A stretch of DNA of 20,847 bases from an uncultured bacterium (GCA_964534375.1 CAZHPN010000100.1:1-20847); one strand, 5' to 3'; positions 8,338-17,146 are shown, counted from the stretch's first letter. Notes: a model not told the origin generated them from the letters alone. Translations and numbers: made by a program.

Positions 8338-8374
8338 ATGCCACCCGTCAACCGCACCGCGAGAGAGGCAAGTC

Positions 8375-9313
8375 GTGGGCCAGATCGTCGTCATCACCAA
8401 TCCGCACGCGCGACAAAATGCGAAAGACCCGGGCCGCCCCGAGCGGTTCGAACGTCAACTCGGTGCGCGCGGCGTGGTTTGCGAGACGCAGCATCTGGAA
8501 CATCTCGACGAAACCTGCCGCGGGCTGCTCGATCGCGACATCGACGTCATCGGCATTTGCGGCGGCGACGGCACCAACCACCTGGTGTTGACCGCGCTGG
8601 TGAAGGCGTTCGCGGCGGCCGGGCGGGCGCTGCCGCCGATCAGCTTTCTTAAAGGCGGCAGCATGAACACAATTCGGGGGAACCTCGGGCTGCGCGGTTC
8701 CGCCGAAAAAACGTTGGCCGCGCTGATCGAAAAAAAAGAGACCGGCGAGGCGTTCCAGCTCAAGCGCCAGTCGATCCTGCAGGTCAACGGCGAAAAATGC
8801 GGCTTCTTCTACGGCAACGGTTACGTCGCCAACTGGCTGTACGAGTACTATTCCGAAAACGGCGTCTCGGGTCCGCAGCGCGCCGCGGAAACCGCGTACA
8901 ACGCGATCGCCTCGGTCATCTCGCGCGGCGCGATGGCGCAGCGGCTCGGCCGGCGTTTCCAGGCCGACGTGACGGTCGACGGGACGCCGGTGGCGATCCG
9001 CGAGTTCGGCATGATCATGGCGGGCTTCATTGTGGACGTCGGCATCGGCTTCAAAGCGCTGTATCGCGCGCACGAAAAAGAGGGCAGCTTCCACGTCGTG
9101 GCGACCGCGCTTCGACCCGGGCAGATTGCGGCGCAGGTTCATCGTTTTTACATGGGCCGGCGGCTGCAGGGCGAGGGCCACTTCGACGAACTCGCGCGCG
9201 AGTTGGTCATTCGCAGCGAGGAACCGCTCGGCTATACGCTCGACGGCGAGATGTACAAAACGACCGAATTTCGCGTCGCGACCGGCCCGACGATTGATAT
9301 TGTTATGTCGTAG
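8375..9313 (+). CDS. Diacylglycerol/sphingosine kinase family protein (DAGK_cat)
   Basis: VITNPHA, ICGGDGT, GGSMN, YTLDGE; GTG start with GAGAGG SD. Confidence 0.85.
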   Translation: MGQIVVITNPHARQNAKDPGRPERFERQLGARGVVCETQHLEHLDETCRGLLDRDIDVIGICGGDGTNHLVLTALVKAFAAAGRALPPISFLKGGSMNTIRGNLGLRGSAEKTLAALIEKKETGEAFQLKRQSILQVNGEKCGFFYGNGYVANWLYEYYSENGVSGPQRAAETAYNAIASVISRGAMAQRLGRRFQADVTVDGTPVAIREFGMIMAGFIVDVGIGFKALYRAHEKEGSFHVVATALRPGQIAAQVHRFYMGRRLQGEGHFDELARELVIRSEEPLGYTLDGEMYKTTEFRVATGPTIDIVMS

Positions 9314-9401
9314 CCGGGCGACGATGAATTATTTTGACAGATCAACGCAGGATCAACGGGATCGGCGTTCCGTGCAGAACAAAAACCGACACGGCGGGGA
9401 A

Positions 9402-9430
9402 TTGCCAAGGCGCGGCGCCGTCTGTAATAT
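9402..9430 (+). promoter_or_regulatory. Putative sigma70 promoter
   Basis: TTGCCA-17 nt-TAATAT upstream of the protease gene. Confidence 0.55.
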
Positions 9431-9496
9431 CTGCGCTTGAACGTAGGGAAATAAATCTGCCGTCTTAAACTTTGCAGGCCGGAAAAGGATTCGCCG

Positions 9497-10864
9497 ATGA
9501 AGAAAAACGCCTTGTTGATTGGCGCGCTCGTCGCCGCCATGCTGATCCTCGCGGTCGCCGCGCAGGCCGAAGACATCGCCGCGTTGCAAGCGCAGATCGA
9601 CGCCGCCGGCGCGCACTGGACAGCGGGCGAAACGCCGTTCTCGCATTTGTCGCCCGCCGAAATGTCGCACTACGCCAACCTGGTCGTCGACTTGTCCGCC
9701 GGCGCAAACTACGAGGAAGGTCTTCCCGTTCCGGCGGCGATGCCCAGCCAATTCGATTGGCGCAATCAAAACGGTTTGGATTACATGACTCCGGTCGAGG
9801 ACCAGGGGCAGTGCGGCACGTGCGCGACGTTCTCCTCGACCGGCGCGTTCGAGGCGAATTTCAAAATCGCGATGAACAACTCATTCATTCAGCCTGACTT
9901 CTCCGAGCAGGACGCGTACTCTTGCGAAGGCAACATCGTGGTGTACACGCTCTTCGGGCCGATGATCTACTTCCAGGAAGACGGCGAAACCGACGAAGCC
10001 TGTTTCCCGTACCAGTGCAACAACTCGAACGAACGGCTGCCCTGCGCCGACACGTGCAAAGATCGCGCGCAACGCGCCTTTCGCACCGATTCCTACCAGG
10101 TCTACATGTTTGCGTCGGTCGACACCTTGAAGGCCGCCGTTTTGAAAGGCCCGATCGTCGCCGGCTTCCAGGTCTACGCCGACTTCCAGAACTACACCGG
10201 CGGCGTCTACAAGCACGTCAGCGGCTCGTTCCTCGGCGGCCACGCCGTCGTGATCGTCGGCTGGGACGACGCCGAGGGGTGCTGGATCTGCAAAAACAGT
10301 TGGGGCACGAGCTGGGGCGAGCAGGGCTATTTCCGCATCGTGTACGGCAATTTCGGCGGTTTGCTCCCGTTCGGCTACCAGGCGGCGTCCATTAAGGTCG
10401 ATCCGCAAACGCTGTGCGGCCAGAAAACCGAGGCCGTGATTTCGGCGCTCGACCTGACGAACGCCAGCCCCCAGTTGGCCGCCAACGCGGATCTGGCCAT
10501 CGCCTTCGCCTGGCAGGCGACGAATGCCGATCTCGAAGGCAGCGAACTTTGGTACACGATCGACGGCGGAACCAGTCAGCAGTACGCCAACCCGCTCGTC
10601 GAATTGAAAGGGACCGCTTCCGCCGCCGGTTCGCCGGCCGCGTACACGATCCCGGGCCCGTTCGCGGGCGGCGAGCACACGATCCGGATTTGGTTGAAGG
10701 ACCTGTGCGGCTTGTCGAGCAATGACCTCTCCGCGACGTTCACCGTTGAAGGCGGGACGTCCGACGACGATGCGGCGGCCGACGACGATGCGGCAGCGGA
10801 CGACGACAATGCGGCTCCCGCCGCGGCCGCCTCGAACAACGCGAAAACCGGCTGCGGCGCCTGA
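9497..10864 (+). CDS. Secreted papain-like (C1A) cysteine peptidase with C-terminal beta-rich domain and Asp/Ala tail
   Basis: Signal peptide; PSQFDWR, DQGQCGTC (oxyanion Gln and catalytic Cys), FSEQ, GGHAV, KNSWGTSWGEQGYFRI; ends DDDAAADDDAAADDDN...KTGCGA. Confidence 0.92.
   Translation: MKKNALLIGALVAAMLILAVAAQAEDIAALQAQIDAAGAHWTAGETPFSHLSPAEMSHYANLVVDLSAGANYEEGLPVPAAMPSQFDWRNQNGLDYMTPVEDQGQCGTCATFSSTGAFEANFKIAMNNSFIQPDFSEQDAYSCEGNIVVYTLFGPMIYFQEDGETDEACFPYQCNNSNERLPCADTCKDRAQRAFRTDSYQVYMFASVDTLKAAVLKGPIVAGFQVYADFQNYTGGVYKHVSGSFLGGHAVVIVGWDDAEGCWICKNSWGTSWGEQGYFRIVYGNFGGLLPFGYQAASIKVDPQTLCGQKTEAVISALDLTNASPQLAANADLAIAFAWQATNADLEGSELWYTIDGGTSQQYANPLVELKGTASAAGSPAAYTIPGPFAGGEHTIRIWLKDLCGLSSNDLSATFTVEGGTSDDDAAADDDAAADDDNAAPAAAASNNAKTGCGA
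10763..10816 (+). repeat. 18-bp coding tandem repeat (DDDAAA)
   Basis: GACGACGATGCGGCGGCC / GACGACGATGCGGCAGCG / GACGACGACAATGCGGCT. Confidence 0.7.
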
Positions 10865-10889
10865 ACTTTCCGATAAATATCCGACCGAC

Positions 10890-10919
10890 GGGGCGATGAT
10901 TTTCATCGCCCCTTTTTTT
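10890..10919 (+). terminator. Rho-independent terminator
   Basis: GGGGCGATGA-TTT-TCATCGCCCC perfect 10-bp stem followed by T7, just after the protease stop. Confidence 0.92.
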
Positions 10920-10935
10920 CGGCCGTTACGGATGC

Positions 10936-10964
10936 TTGCCCGGCCCGCCGCGAAACGATACATT
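10936..10964 (+). promoter_or_regulatory. Putative sigma70 promoter of the LPS operon
   Basis: TTGCCC-17 nt-TACATT between the terminator and lpxK. Confidence 0.5.
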
Positions 10965-11002
10965 GCCCGCCGGCAATCAAATTCAGACGACGGAAACTCA
11001 TT

Positions 11003-12094
11003 GTGACTCTTGCCGAAGCGCTATACCGACGCCGGCCGCCGTTCCCGTGGAACGTCGTGTCGCTGCTGCTGGCGCCGTTCGGGGCGCTTTACGGCGCGTT
11101 GATGCGCCTGCGGGCGGCCGTTTATCGGCGGCGCGCCGTGGGGCGCCGGCGGCCGGCGTTTCGCGCGATCAGCGTCGGCAACCTGACGCTGGGCGGCTCG
11201 GGGAAAACCCCGGTGACGGCGTTTCTGGCGGAGAAACTGCAAGGGCAGGGGCGGCGCGTCGCCGTGGTCTGCCGCGGATATCGCGGGTCGCTCGAAGGCC
11301 GCTCGGCGGTCGTCGCCGACGGCGAGAAATTGCTGCTCGACGCGGCGCAGGCGGGCGACGAGCCGGTCATGCTGGCGCGGCGTTTGCCCGGTGTGCCAGT
11401 GGTGATCGGCGCGCGCCGCGTCGAGGCCGCGGCGCTGGCGGCGGAGCGGTTCGGCGCCGAGGTCGTCGTGTGCGACGACGCCTTTTCGCATCTCGCGCTG
11501 CCGCGCGACGTCGATCTGGTGCTCGTCCACGGCCGCGACGGCCTGGGCAACGGCCGCTGCACGCCCGCCGGGCCGCTGCGCGAACCCCCGCGCGCCCTGC
11601 GGCGGGCGACGGCGATTTTGCTCAACGTCAGCAGCGGCGAAGACCCGGCCGTCGCGGACGAGCTGCGCCGCGCCGGCGTGCAATGTCCGATCTTCCGCTT
11701 CCGCTACGGCAAACCCGTGCTGCGCCGCCGGTCCGATGGCGAACCGCTCGACCCGGCGCAGATGGCCGACCCGCGCGTCGTGGCGTTTGCCGGCACCGCG
11801 CGGCCCGCGGACTTTTTCGCCTCGCTCGCCGCGGCGGGCTGGAATGTCGCCGCCGCCGAGGCGTTTCGGGACCATCATGCCTACACGGAAACGGATCTGG
11901 CGCGGCTCGCGCAACTTGCCGCGGCGCGGGGCATTTGTTATCTTGCGGCCACCGAAAAGGACGCCGTCAAATTGCCGGCGGCGCCGGGCGTCGAAATCCT
12001 CGTCGCGCGCGTCGATCTGGCGTGGGACGGCGACGACGGCGAGGCGCTGCTGGCGCGCGCCAGTGGCCAGTGGCCGGTGGCCAGTGGTCAGTAG
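11003..12094 (+). CDS. lpxK: Tetraacyldisaccharide 4'-kinase
   Basis: ISVGNLTLGGSGKTP, RGYRG, GDEP, DDAFSH, PAGPLREP, FRDHHAY, TEKDAVK. The C-terminus runs into a heptamer repeat. Confidence 0.96.
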   Translation: MTLAEALYRRRPPFPWNVVSLLLAPFGALYGALMRLRAAVYRRRAVGRRRPAFRAISVGNLTLGGSGKTPVTAFLAEKLQGQGRRVAVVCRGYRGSLEGRSAVVADGEKLLLDAAQAGDEPVMLARRLPGVPVVIGARRVEAAALAAERFGAEVVVCDDAFSHLALPRDVDLVLVHGRDGLGNGRCTPAGPLREPPRALRRATAILLNVSSGEDPAVADELRRAGVQCPIFRFRYGKPVLRRRSDGEPLDPAQMADPRVVAFAGTARPADFFASLAAAGWNVAAAEAFRDHHAYTETDLARLAQLAAARGICYLAATEKDAVKLPAAPGVEILVARVDLAWDGDDGEALLARASGQWPVASGQ

Positions 12095-12175
12095 TCAGTG
12101 GTCAGTGGTCGGCAGCCGAAAAGACTCCGGCGCGGGTCTTCTGACTTCTGACTTCTGTCTTCTGGCTTCCGGCCT
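12061..12175. repeat. Bipartite heptamer tandem repeat hairpin
   Basis: CAGTGG(C/T) x7-8 (12061-12116), small central stem AAGAC...GTCTT (12121-12140), then CTGACTT-like x5 (12141-12175). Confidence 0.9.
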
Positions 12176-12196
12176 CTAACCCAGAAGGACTATCGC

Positions 12197-12796
12197 GTGG
12201 CCCGCCCCGCTGTTTTTATTGACCGCGACGGTTGCCTCACCGAAGAGGTCGGCTACGTCAACCACATCGATCGCCTGCTGCTGCTGCCGCATTCGGCCGC
12301 GGCGATCCGGAAACTGAACGCGGCTCGCGTGCCGGCGGTGCTGGTCACCAACCAGGCCGGCGCCGCGCGCGGGTATTTCCCGTTCGGCTTGATCGACAAG
12401 GTCCATCGCCGGCTGGAGGAGCTGCTCGCGGCCGAGGGGGCGCGGCTGGACGGCATTTTCTTTTCGCCGTTCGTCAAAGGCGCGTCGTGTCCGCCGTTCA
12501 ATTTCGACCACGAGTGGCGCAAGCCGGGCGGCGGAATGATCGGGCAGGCCGCGGCCGACCTCGATCTCGATTTGGCGCGGTCGTTCATGATCGGCGACAA
12601 AATCACCGACGTGGAGTTGATTCACCGCGTCGGCGGCCGGGGCGTGTTCGTCCTGACCGGTTACGGCAAAGGCGACCTGGAGAACTTCGGCGCGCAATGG
12701 CGCGATCGGCCGGATTTCATCGCGGCGCATGTCGAAGACGCCGTCGATTGGATATTGGCCGGGTTGCGGTTGACACACGAGTTTCGGGAGGTATGA
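12197..12796 (+). CDS. gmhB: D-glycero-D-manno-heptose 1,7-bisphosphate phosphatase (HAD-IIIA)
   Basis: AVFIDRDG, VTNQAG, RKP, MIGDKITD, VLTGYG; AAGGA SD; heptose gene context. Confidence 0.88.
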   Translation: MARPAVFIDRDGCLTEEVGYVNHIDRLLLLPHSAAAIRKLNAARVPAVLVTNQAGAARGYFPFGLIDKVHRRLEELLAAEGARLDGIFFSPFVKGASCPPFNFDHEWRKPGGGMIGQAAADLDLDLARSFMIGDKITDVELIHRVGGRGVFVLTGYGKGDLENFGAQWRDRPDFIAAHVEDAVDWILAGLRLTHEFREV

Positions 12797-12850
12797 AATG
12801 CGTTCCAATAACCGCCATCCCGATTTTCGCGGCCGATTCGGGGCATTCGC

Positions 12851-14032
12851 ATGTTGATCCGCAGTCTCCAGATGCGCAATTTCCTTTCCTACGGACCGGA
12901 CAGCGCCAGCATTCCGCTGAAACCGCTAAATCTCATCATTGGCGCGAACGGCTCCGGGAAATCGAATCTGCTGGAAGCGATGGCCCTGCTGCAATCCGCG
13001 CCGGGGCAACTGATCGCGCCGATACGAGAAGGCGGCGGCGTCCGTGACTGGCTCTGGAAAGGAAGCGACAAACTGCCGATCGCCAGTCTGGAGATCACCG
13101 TCGAGCCGCTTTTCAAGAATACAACCGCGGCCCTTCGTTACCGCTTCGATTTCACCGAATCTGCCAATCGTTTTGAAATCGTCGATGAGCGAATCGAAAA
13201 CGCTGAGGCCTCGCCGGGCCGCGACGAACCGTACTTTTATTATCACTATGAGAACAATCAGCCCGTCATCAAAATGGAGGGCGAGGAACTCCCTCGTTTT
13301 CTAATTCTCCGCCGCGAAGATATCGACCCGGAGAAATCGATTCTGGCGCAACGCCGTGAACCGGTCATCTACCCCGAGATTACTCGCCTGGCGGAGGAAC
13401 TCGCGCGCATTCGCATCTATCGCGACTGGTCCTTCGGCCGGTACACGGCGCCGCGTTTGCCGCAGCCCGCCGACCTTCCCAACCAATGGCTTGAAGAAAA
13501 CGGGCGCAATCTGGGTCTGGTGCTGAATCGCTTGAAGAGAAACGCCGAAACCAAGAGCCGGCTGATCGAGATGTTCCGGGCCGTCTACGCGGAAGCGCAG
13601 GATTTCGACGTCATGATCGAGGGCGGAACCGTCCAGATTTTCGTTCAGGAAAGCCGTTTCAACGTTGCCGCCACGCGCCTTTCCGACGGCACGCTGCGCT
13701 ACCTGTGCCTGCTGGCGATTCTCTACGATCCGGCGCCGCCGCCGCTCGTCTGCATCGACGAGCCGGATTTGGGTCTGCACCCCGACTTGATCAATCACAT
13801 TGCCGACGCGCTGCGGTTCGCCAGCGAGAAGACCCAGCTCATCGTGACGACGCATTCGACCGCCTTGGTGGATGCCTTTACCGACGAGCCGGACGCCATT
13901 TTGGTTTGCGAAAAAACGGATGGCTGCACGACGATGCGCCGTCTCGACGCGCAACAACTGAAGCCCTGGCTCGAAAAATACCGTCTTGGCGCCCTTTGGA
14001 CCAGCGGCGAGATCGGCGGCGTCCGATGGTAG
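12851..14032 (+). CDS. ABC/SMC-like ATPase (AAA_21/AAA_15 type)
   Basis: Walker A GANGSGKS, signature LSDGT, Walker B CIDEPD, H-loop TTHS; C-terminal LGALWTSGEIGG typical of this soluble family; no TM segments. Confidence 0.9.
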   Translation: MLIRSLQMRNFLSYGPDSASIPLKPLNLIIGANGSGKSNLLEAMALLQSAPGQLIAPIREGGGVRDWLWKGSDKLPIASLEITVEPLFKNTTAALRYRFDFTESANRFEIVDERIENAEASPGRDEPYFYYHYENNQPVIKMEGEELPRFLILRREDIDPEKSILAQRREPVIYPEITRLAEELARIRIYRDWSFGRYTAPRLPQPADLPNQWLEENGRNLGLVLNRLKRNAETKSRLIEMFRAVYAEAQDFDVMIEGGTVQIFVQESRFNVAATRLSDGTLRYLCLLAILYDPAPPPLVCIDEPDLGLHPDLINHIADALRFASEKTQLIVTTHSTALVDAFTDEPDAILVCEKTDGCTTMRRLDAQQLKPWLEKYRLGALWTSGEIGGVRW

Positions 14033-14634
14033 GCGTCAAACTCTTTGTGGAAGGCGGCGGCGATTCCGAAGCGCTGCTTCGGCGATGCCGCGCGGGCTTC
14101 CGACACTTTCTCGAAGAGGCCGGATTCAAAAAACATATGCCACGGATCGTCGCTTGTGGCGGCAGGCGTGCTGCCTATGACCGGTTCGTCACGAATTGTG
14201 AGGCCGGGGAAACCGGCGTGCTGCTGATCGACAGCGAGGATCCCGTTTCCGCCGGATCGGCTTGGGCGCACCTGGCCAACCGGCAGGCCGACAAATTCGC
14301 CAAGCCGAGCAACGCCACTGACGATCATTGCCATCTTATGGTGGTCTGCATGGAATCGTGGTTCCTTGCCGACAAGGAGGCGCTCGCAAAGCACTTCGGC
14401 CAAGGTTTCAATGCGAATGCGTTGCCGCAAAATGCGGATATCGAGGCCGTTCGCAAAAATGACCTCTATGAGGGGTTAAAACGGGCGACGGCCAATTGCA
14501 AAACCAAGGCGCCATACAAGAAAGGCGAGAATTCTTTCAGGATTCTTTTGCGTATTTCGCCGAGCAAAGTTCGCCAGGCGAGCCCGTGGGCGAAAACTTT
14601 CCTGGAAAAACTCGACGCGTTGATGGCGGGATAA
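14026..14634 (+). CDS. DUF4276-like / TOPRIM-like protein
   Basis: ATG 14026 overlaps the ATPase end; LFVEGGGD, LLIDSED (DxD-like), MESWFLAD, YKKG. Confidence 0.8.
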   Translation: MVGVKLFVEGGGDSEALLRRCRAGFRHFLEEAGFKKHMPRIVACGGRRAAYDRFVTNCEAGETGVLLIDSEDPVSAGSAWAHLANRQADKFAKPSNATDDHCHLMVVCMESWFLADKEALAKHFGQGFNANALPQNADIEAVRKNDLYEGLKRATANCKTKAPYKKGENSFRILLRISPSKVRQASPWAKTFLEKLDALMAG

Positions 14635-15641
14635 TGAATGAACGTTTAACGGATTTGCTCGATCGTTTCGCCGGCCGGCGCGTGGCCGTGGTCGGCGATC
14701 TGGTGGCGGACTTTTTCGTGTACGGCGAAGCGACGCGGGTCAGCCGCGAGGCGCCGGTGCTGATCGTCGAGCACGAACGCGACCAGCTTTCGCTCGGCGG
14801 CGCCGCGAACGCGGCGCACAACGTCAAGGCGCTCGGCGGCGAGCCGCTCGTCGTGGGCCTCGTCGGCGCCGACATCTACGGCGAGATGCTGCTGGCGGAA
14901 CTCCAGGCCCGCGGCATCGACACGCGGTTAACCAAGCGCGTCGCCGGTCGCCCGACCACGACCAAGCAGCGCATCGCCGCCAGCGGCCTGCACACGACCT
15001 ATCAGCAATTGGTGCGCGTCGATCGTGGCTCGCGCGAGCCGGTGAGCGGCCCGCTCGAACAGGAGTTGCGCGCGGCGCTCGTCGAGGCGGCCGGTGCGGC
15101 CGAGGCGGTGGTCGGCAGCGATTACGGCTACGGCATGTTTTCGCCGGCGTTGATCGGCGACCTGCCGGCCATCGCCCATGCCGCAGGCCGGCAGGCGCTG
15201 GTCGACAGCCGGTACCAGATGCTTAGTTTCAAAAAAGCGGATTTGTTGACGCCGAACGAACCGGAAGCGGCGGCGGCGTGCCGCTGCGCGATTCGCCACG
15301 ACGACGACGTGCGTTATGCGGCGGACACGGCGTTGCGCGAGGCCGACGCCGGCGCGGTGGCGGTGACGCGCGGGAAAAAGGGCATGTTTTTGCGGTCGCG
15401 CGACGGCGCGGGCGAGTTTCTGCCGATCTACGGCTCCGACCAGATCGCCGACGTCACCGGCGCCGGCGACACGGTCATGGCGGTCTTCGCCTTGGCCGCG
15501 GCGTGCGGCGGCGAGTTGGCGCTCGCCGGGCGTCTGGCGACCGTCGCCGCGGGCCTCGCGGTGATGAAGCACGGCGCGGCCGTCGTCACGCCCGACGAAA
15601 TTCGCGCCGCGCTGGAGAGGAATCCGTGGCGAGAGCCGTAA
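14634..15641 (+). CDS. rfaE1: D-glycero-beta-D-manno-heptose-7-phosphate kinase (RfaE domain I)
   Basis: From MNERL: VVGDLVAD, RVSREAPV, GGAANAA, TTTKQR, SDYG, TPNEPE, DVTGAGDTV. Confidence 0.93.
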   Translation: MNERLTDLLDRFAGRRVAVVGDLVADFFVYGEATRVSREAPVLIVEHERDQLSLGGAANAAHNVKALGGEPLVVGLVGADIYGEMLLAELQARGIDTRLTKRVAGRPTTTKQRIAASGLHTTYQQLVRVDRGSREPVSGPLEQELRAALVEAAGAAEAVVGSDYGYGMFSPALIGDLPAIAHAAGRQALVDSRYQMLSFKKADLLTPNEPEAAAACRCAIRHDDDVRYAADTALREADAGAVAVTRGKKGMFLRSRDGAGEFLPIYGSDQIADVTGAGDTVMAVFALAAACGGELALAGRLATVAAGLAVMKHGAAVVTPDEIRAALERNPWREP

Positions 15642-16108
15642 GCCAGGCCGAACTGGCCGAAATCACGCAGCGGCTGAAGGCCGAGGGCAAGACGATCGTC
15701 TTCGCCAACGGCGCGTTCGATCTGCTGCACGTCGGCCATGTGCGCTATCTGCAAGGCGCCGCCGATGAAGGCGACGTGCTGATCGTCGCGCTGAATTCCG
15801 ATGAAAGCGTGCGGGCGTTGAAGGGCGAAGGGCGGCCGATCGTGCCGCTCGCGGACCGCTTGAAGATGATCGCGGCGATCGAGTGCGTCGACTACGTGAC
15901 GACGTTCGAGGAAACCAACGTCGCCAGACTGCTGCTGCGGCTGACCCCGCACGTGCACGCGAAGGGCAGCGATTACACCGTCGACACCGTGCCGGAGATC
16001 GAGACGGTGCGCTCGTACGGCGGCCGGGTCGCCATCACCGGCGGGCCGAAAAGCCACAACACCACGGACATCGTCGCGCGCATCCGGCGTGGGGAGGCGT
16101 CGTCGTGA
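15626..16108 (+). CDS. rfaE2: D-glycero-beta-D-manno-heptose 1-phosphate adenylyltransferase (RfaE domain II)
   Basis: GTG 15626 with GGAGAGG SD; VFANGAFDLLHVGHVRYL, ALNSDESVRALKGEGRP, KGSDY. Confidence 0.93.
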   Translation: MARAVSQAELAEITQRLKAEGKTIVFANGAFDLLHVGHVRYLQGAADEGDVLIVALNSDESVRALKGEGRPIVPLADRLKMIAAIECVDYVTTFEETNVARLLLRLTPHVHAKGSDYTVDTVPEIETVRSYGGRVAITGGPKSHNTTDIVARIRRGEASS

Positions 16109-17043
16109 AATGCATCGTCACCGGCGCCGCGGGGTTCATCGGCTCGCATCTGGTCGATCGCCTGCTCGCGCAAGGGCGCGAGGTGGTCGGCATCGACTGC
16201 TTCACCGACTACTACCCGCGCGCGCAAAAAGAGGCGAACCTCGCGGCTGCGTGGAAACATCCGCATTTCAAATTCGTGATGGACGATCTGAATCGGCTGA
16301 ACCTGCGCGCGCTGATCGGCCCCGGCGACCTGGTGTTTCACGAAGCCGCGCAGGCCGGCGTGCGCGCCAGTTGGGGCGGGAGTTTTCAGGAATACATCGC
16401 GCAGAACATCGCCGCGACGCAGCGCCTGCTCGAGGCGTGCAAGGAAACGCGGCCGGCGCGCGTGATTTACGCGAGTTCGTCGAGCGTCTACGGCGACGCC
16501 GCGAAATATCCGGTGAGCGAAGACGACCTGCCGCGGCCGATCAGCCCGTACGGCGTGACGAAACTCGCCGGCGAGCACCTGTGCCTGCTGTACGGCAAGG
16601 CGTTCGGCGTGCCCGCGGTGTCGTTGCGCTACTTCACCGTATACGGCCCGCGCCAGCGGCCGGACATGGCGTTCCACAAATGGTGCCGCGCCGCGCTGAC
16701 CGACGCCGAGTTGCCGCTGTTCGGCGACGGCGAGCAGACGCGCGACTTCACCTACGTCGACGACATTGTCGACGGCGTCATCGCCGCGGCGACGGCCGAT
16801 TGCGCGGGCCAGGTCGTCAATCTGGGCGGCGGCCATCGCGTCACGGTCAACGAGGTGCTGGCGCTGCTGACGGCGATCCACGGCCGGCGGCTGAAAATCG
16901 TTTATCGCGCGGCGCAGGACGGCGACGTCCGGCACACCGCCGCGGAGATCTCGCGCGCGCAACAGTGGCTGGGTTTTCAGCCGAAAATGTCGCTGGCCGA
17001 AGGCCTGCGCGCCGAATATGAGTGGTTGAAACGCGAAGGATGA
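16105..17043 (+). CDS. NAD-dependent nucleotide-sugar epimerase/dehydratase (UDP-glucuronate 4-epimerase-like)
   Basis: GTG 16105 overlapping the upstream stop; VTGAAGFIG, AQAGVR, ASSSSVYG, YGVTK, RYFTVYGPRQRPDMA. Confidence 0.92.
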   Translation: MKCIVTGAAGFIGSHLVDRLLAQGREVVGIDCFTDYYPRAQKEANLAAAWKHPHFKFVMDDLNRLNLRALIGPGDLVFHEAAQAGVRASWGGSFQEYIAQNIAATQRLLEACKETRPARVIYASSSSVYGDAAKYPVSEDDLPRPISPYGVTKLAGEHLCLLYGKAFGVPAVSLRYFTVYGPRQRPDMAFHKWCRAALTDAELPLFGDGEQTRDFTYVDDIVDGVIAAATADCAGQVVNLGGGHRVTVNEVLALLTAIHGRRLKIVYRAAQDGDVRHTAAEISRAQQWLGFQPKMSLAEGLRAEYEWLKREG

Positions 17044-17060
17044 TGAGGATTTGAAGAGAA

Positions 17061-17146
17061 TTGAACCATAGAGACACAGAGGACACAGAGAATGTTGTTG
17101 ATTTTCTTTGTGCGGTCTCTGTGTGCTCTGCGCCTCTGTGGTTCAA
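17061..17146. repeat. Palindromic intergenic element, CACAGAG family, copy B
   Basis: Left arm 17061-17091 matches the reverse complement of 17116-17146 at 27/31 positions; 17059-17090 is 30/32 identical to 747-778. Confidence 0.92.

Noticed and set aside
9336..9362. GATCAACG duplicated after the DAGK gene, resembling a solo repeat arm
   Set aside because: Two short copies and no complementary arm.
12851..14634. ATPase cassette as an IS element or ABC transporter
   Set aside because: No transposase, terminal inverted repeats or membrane-spanning partner.
16105..17043. Calling the epimerase hldD/rfaD because of the heptose context
   Set aside because: AQAGVR and RPDMA motifs fit the UDP-glucuronate epimerase-like group, not HldD.
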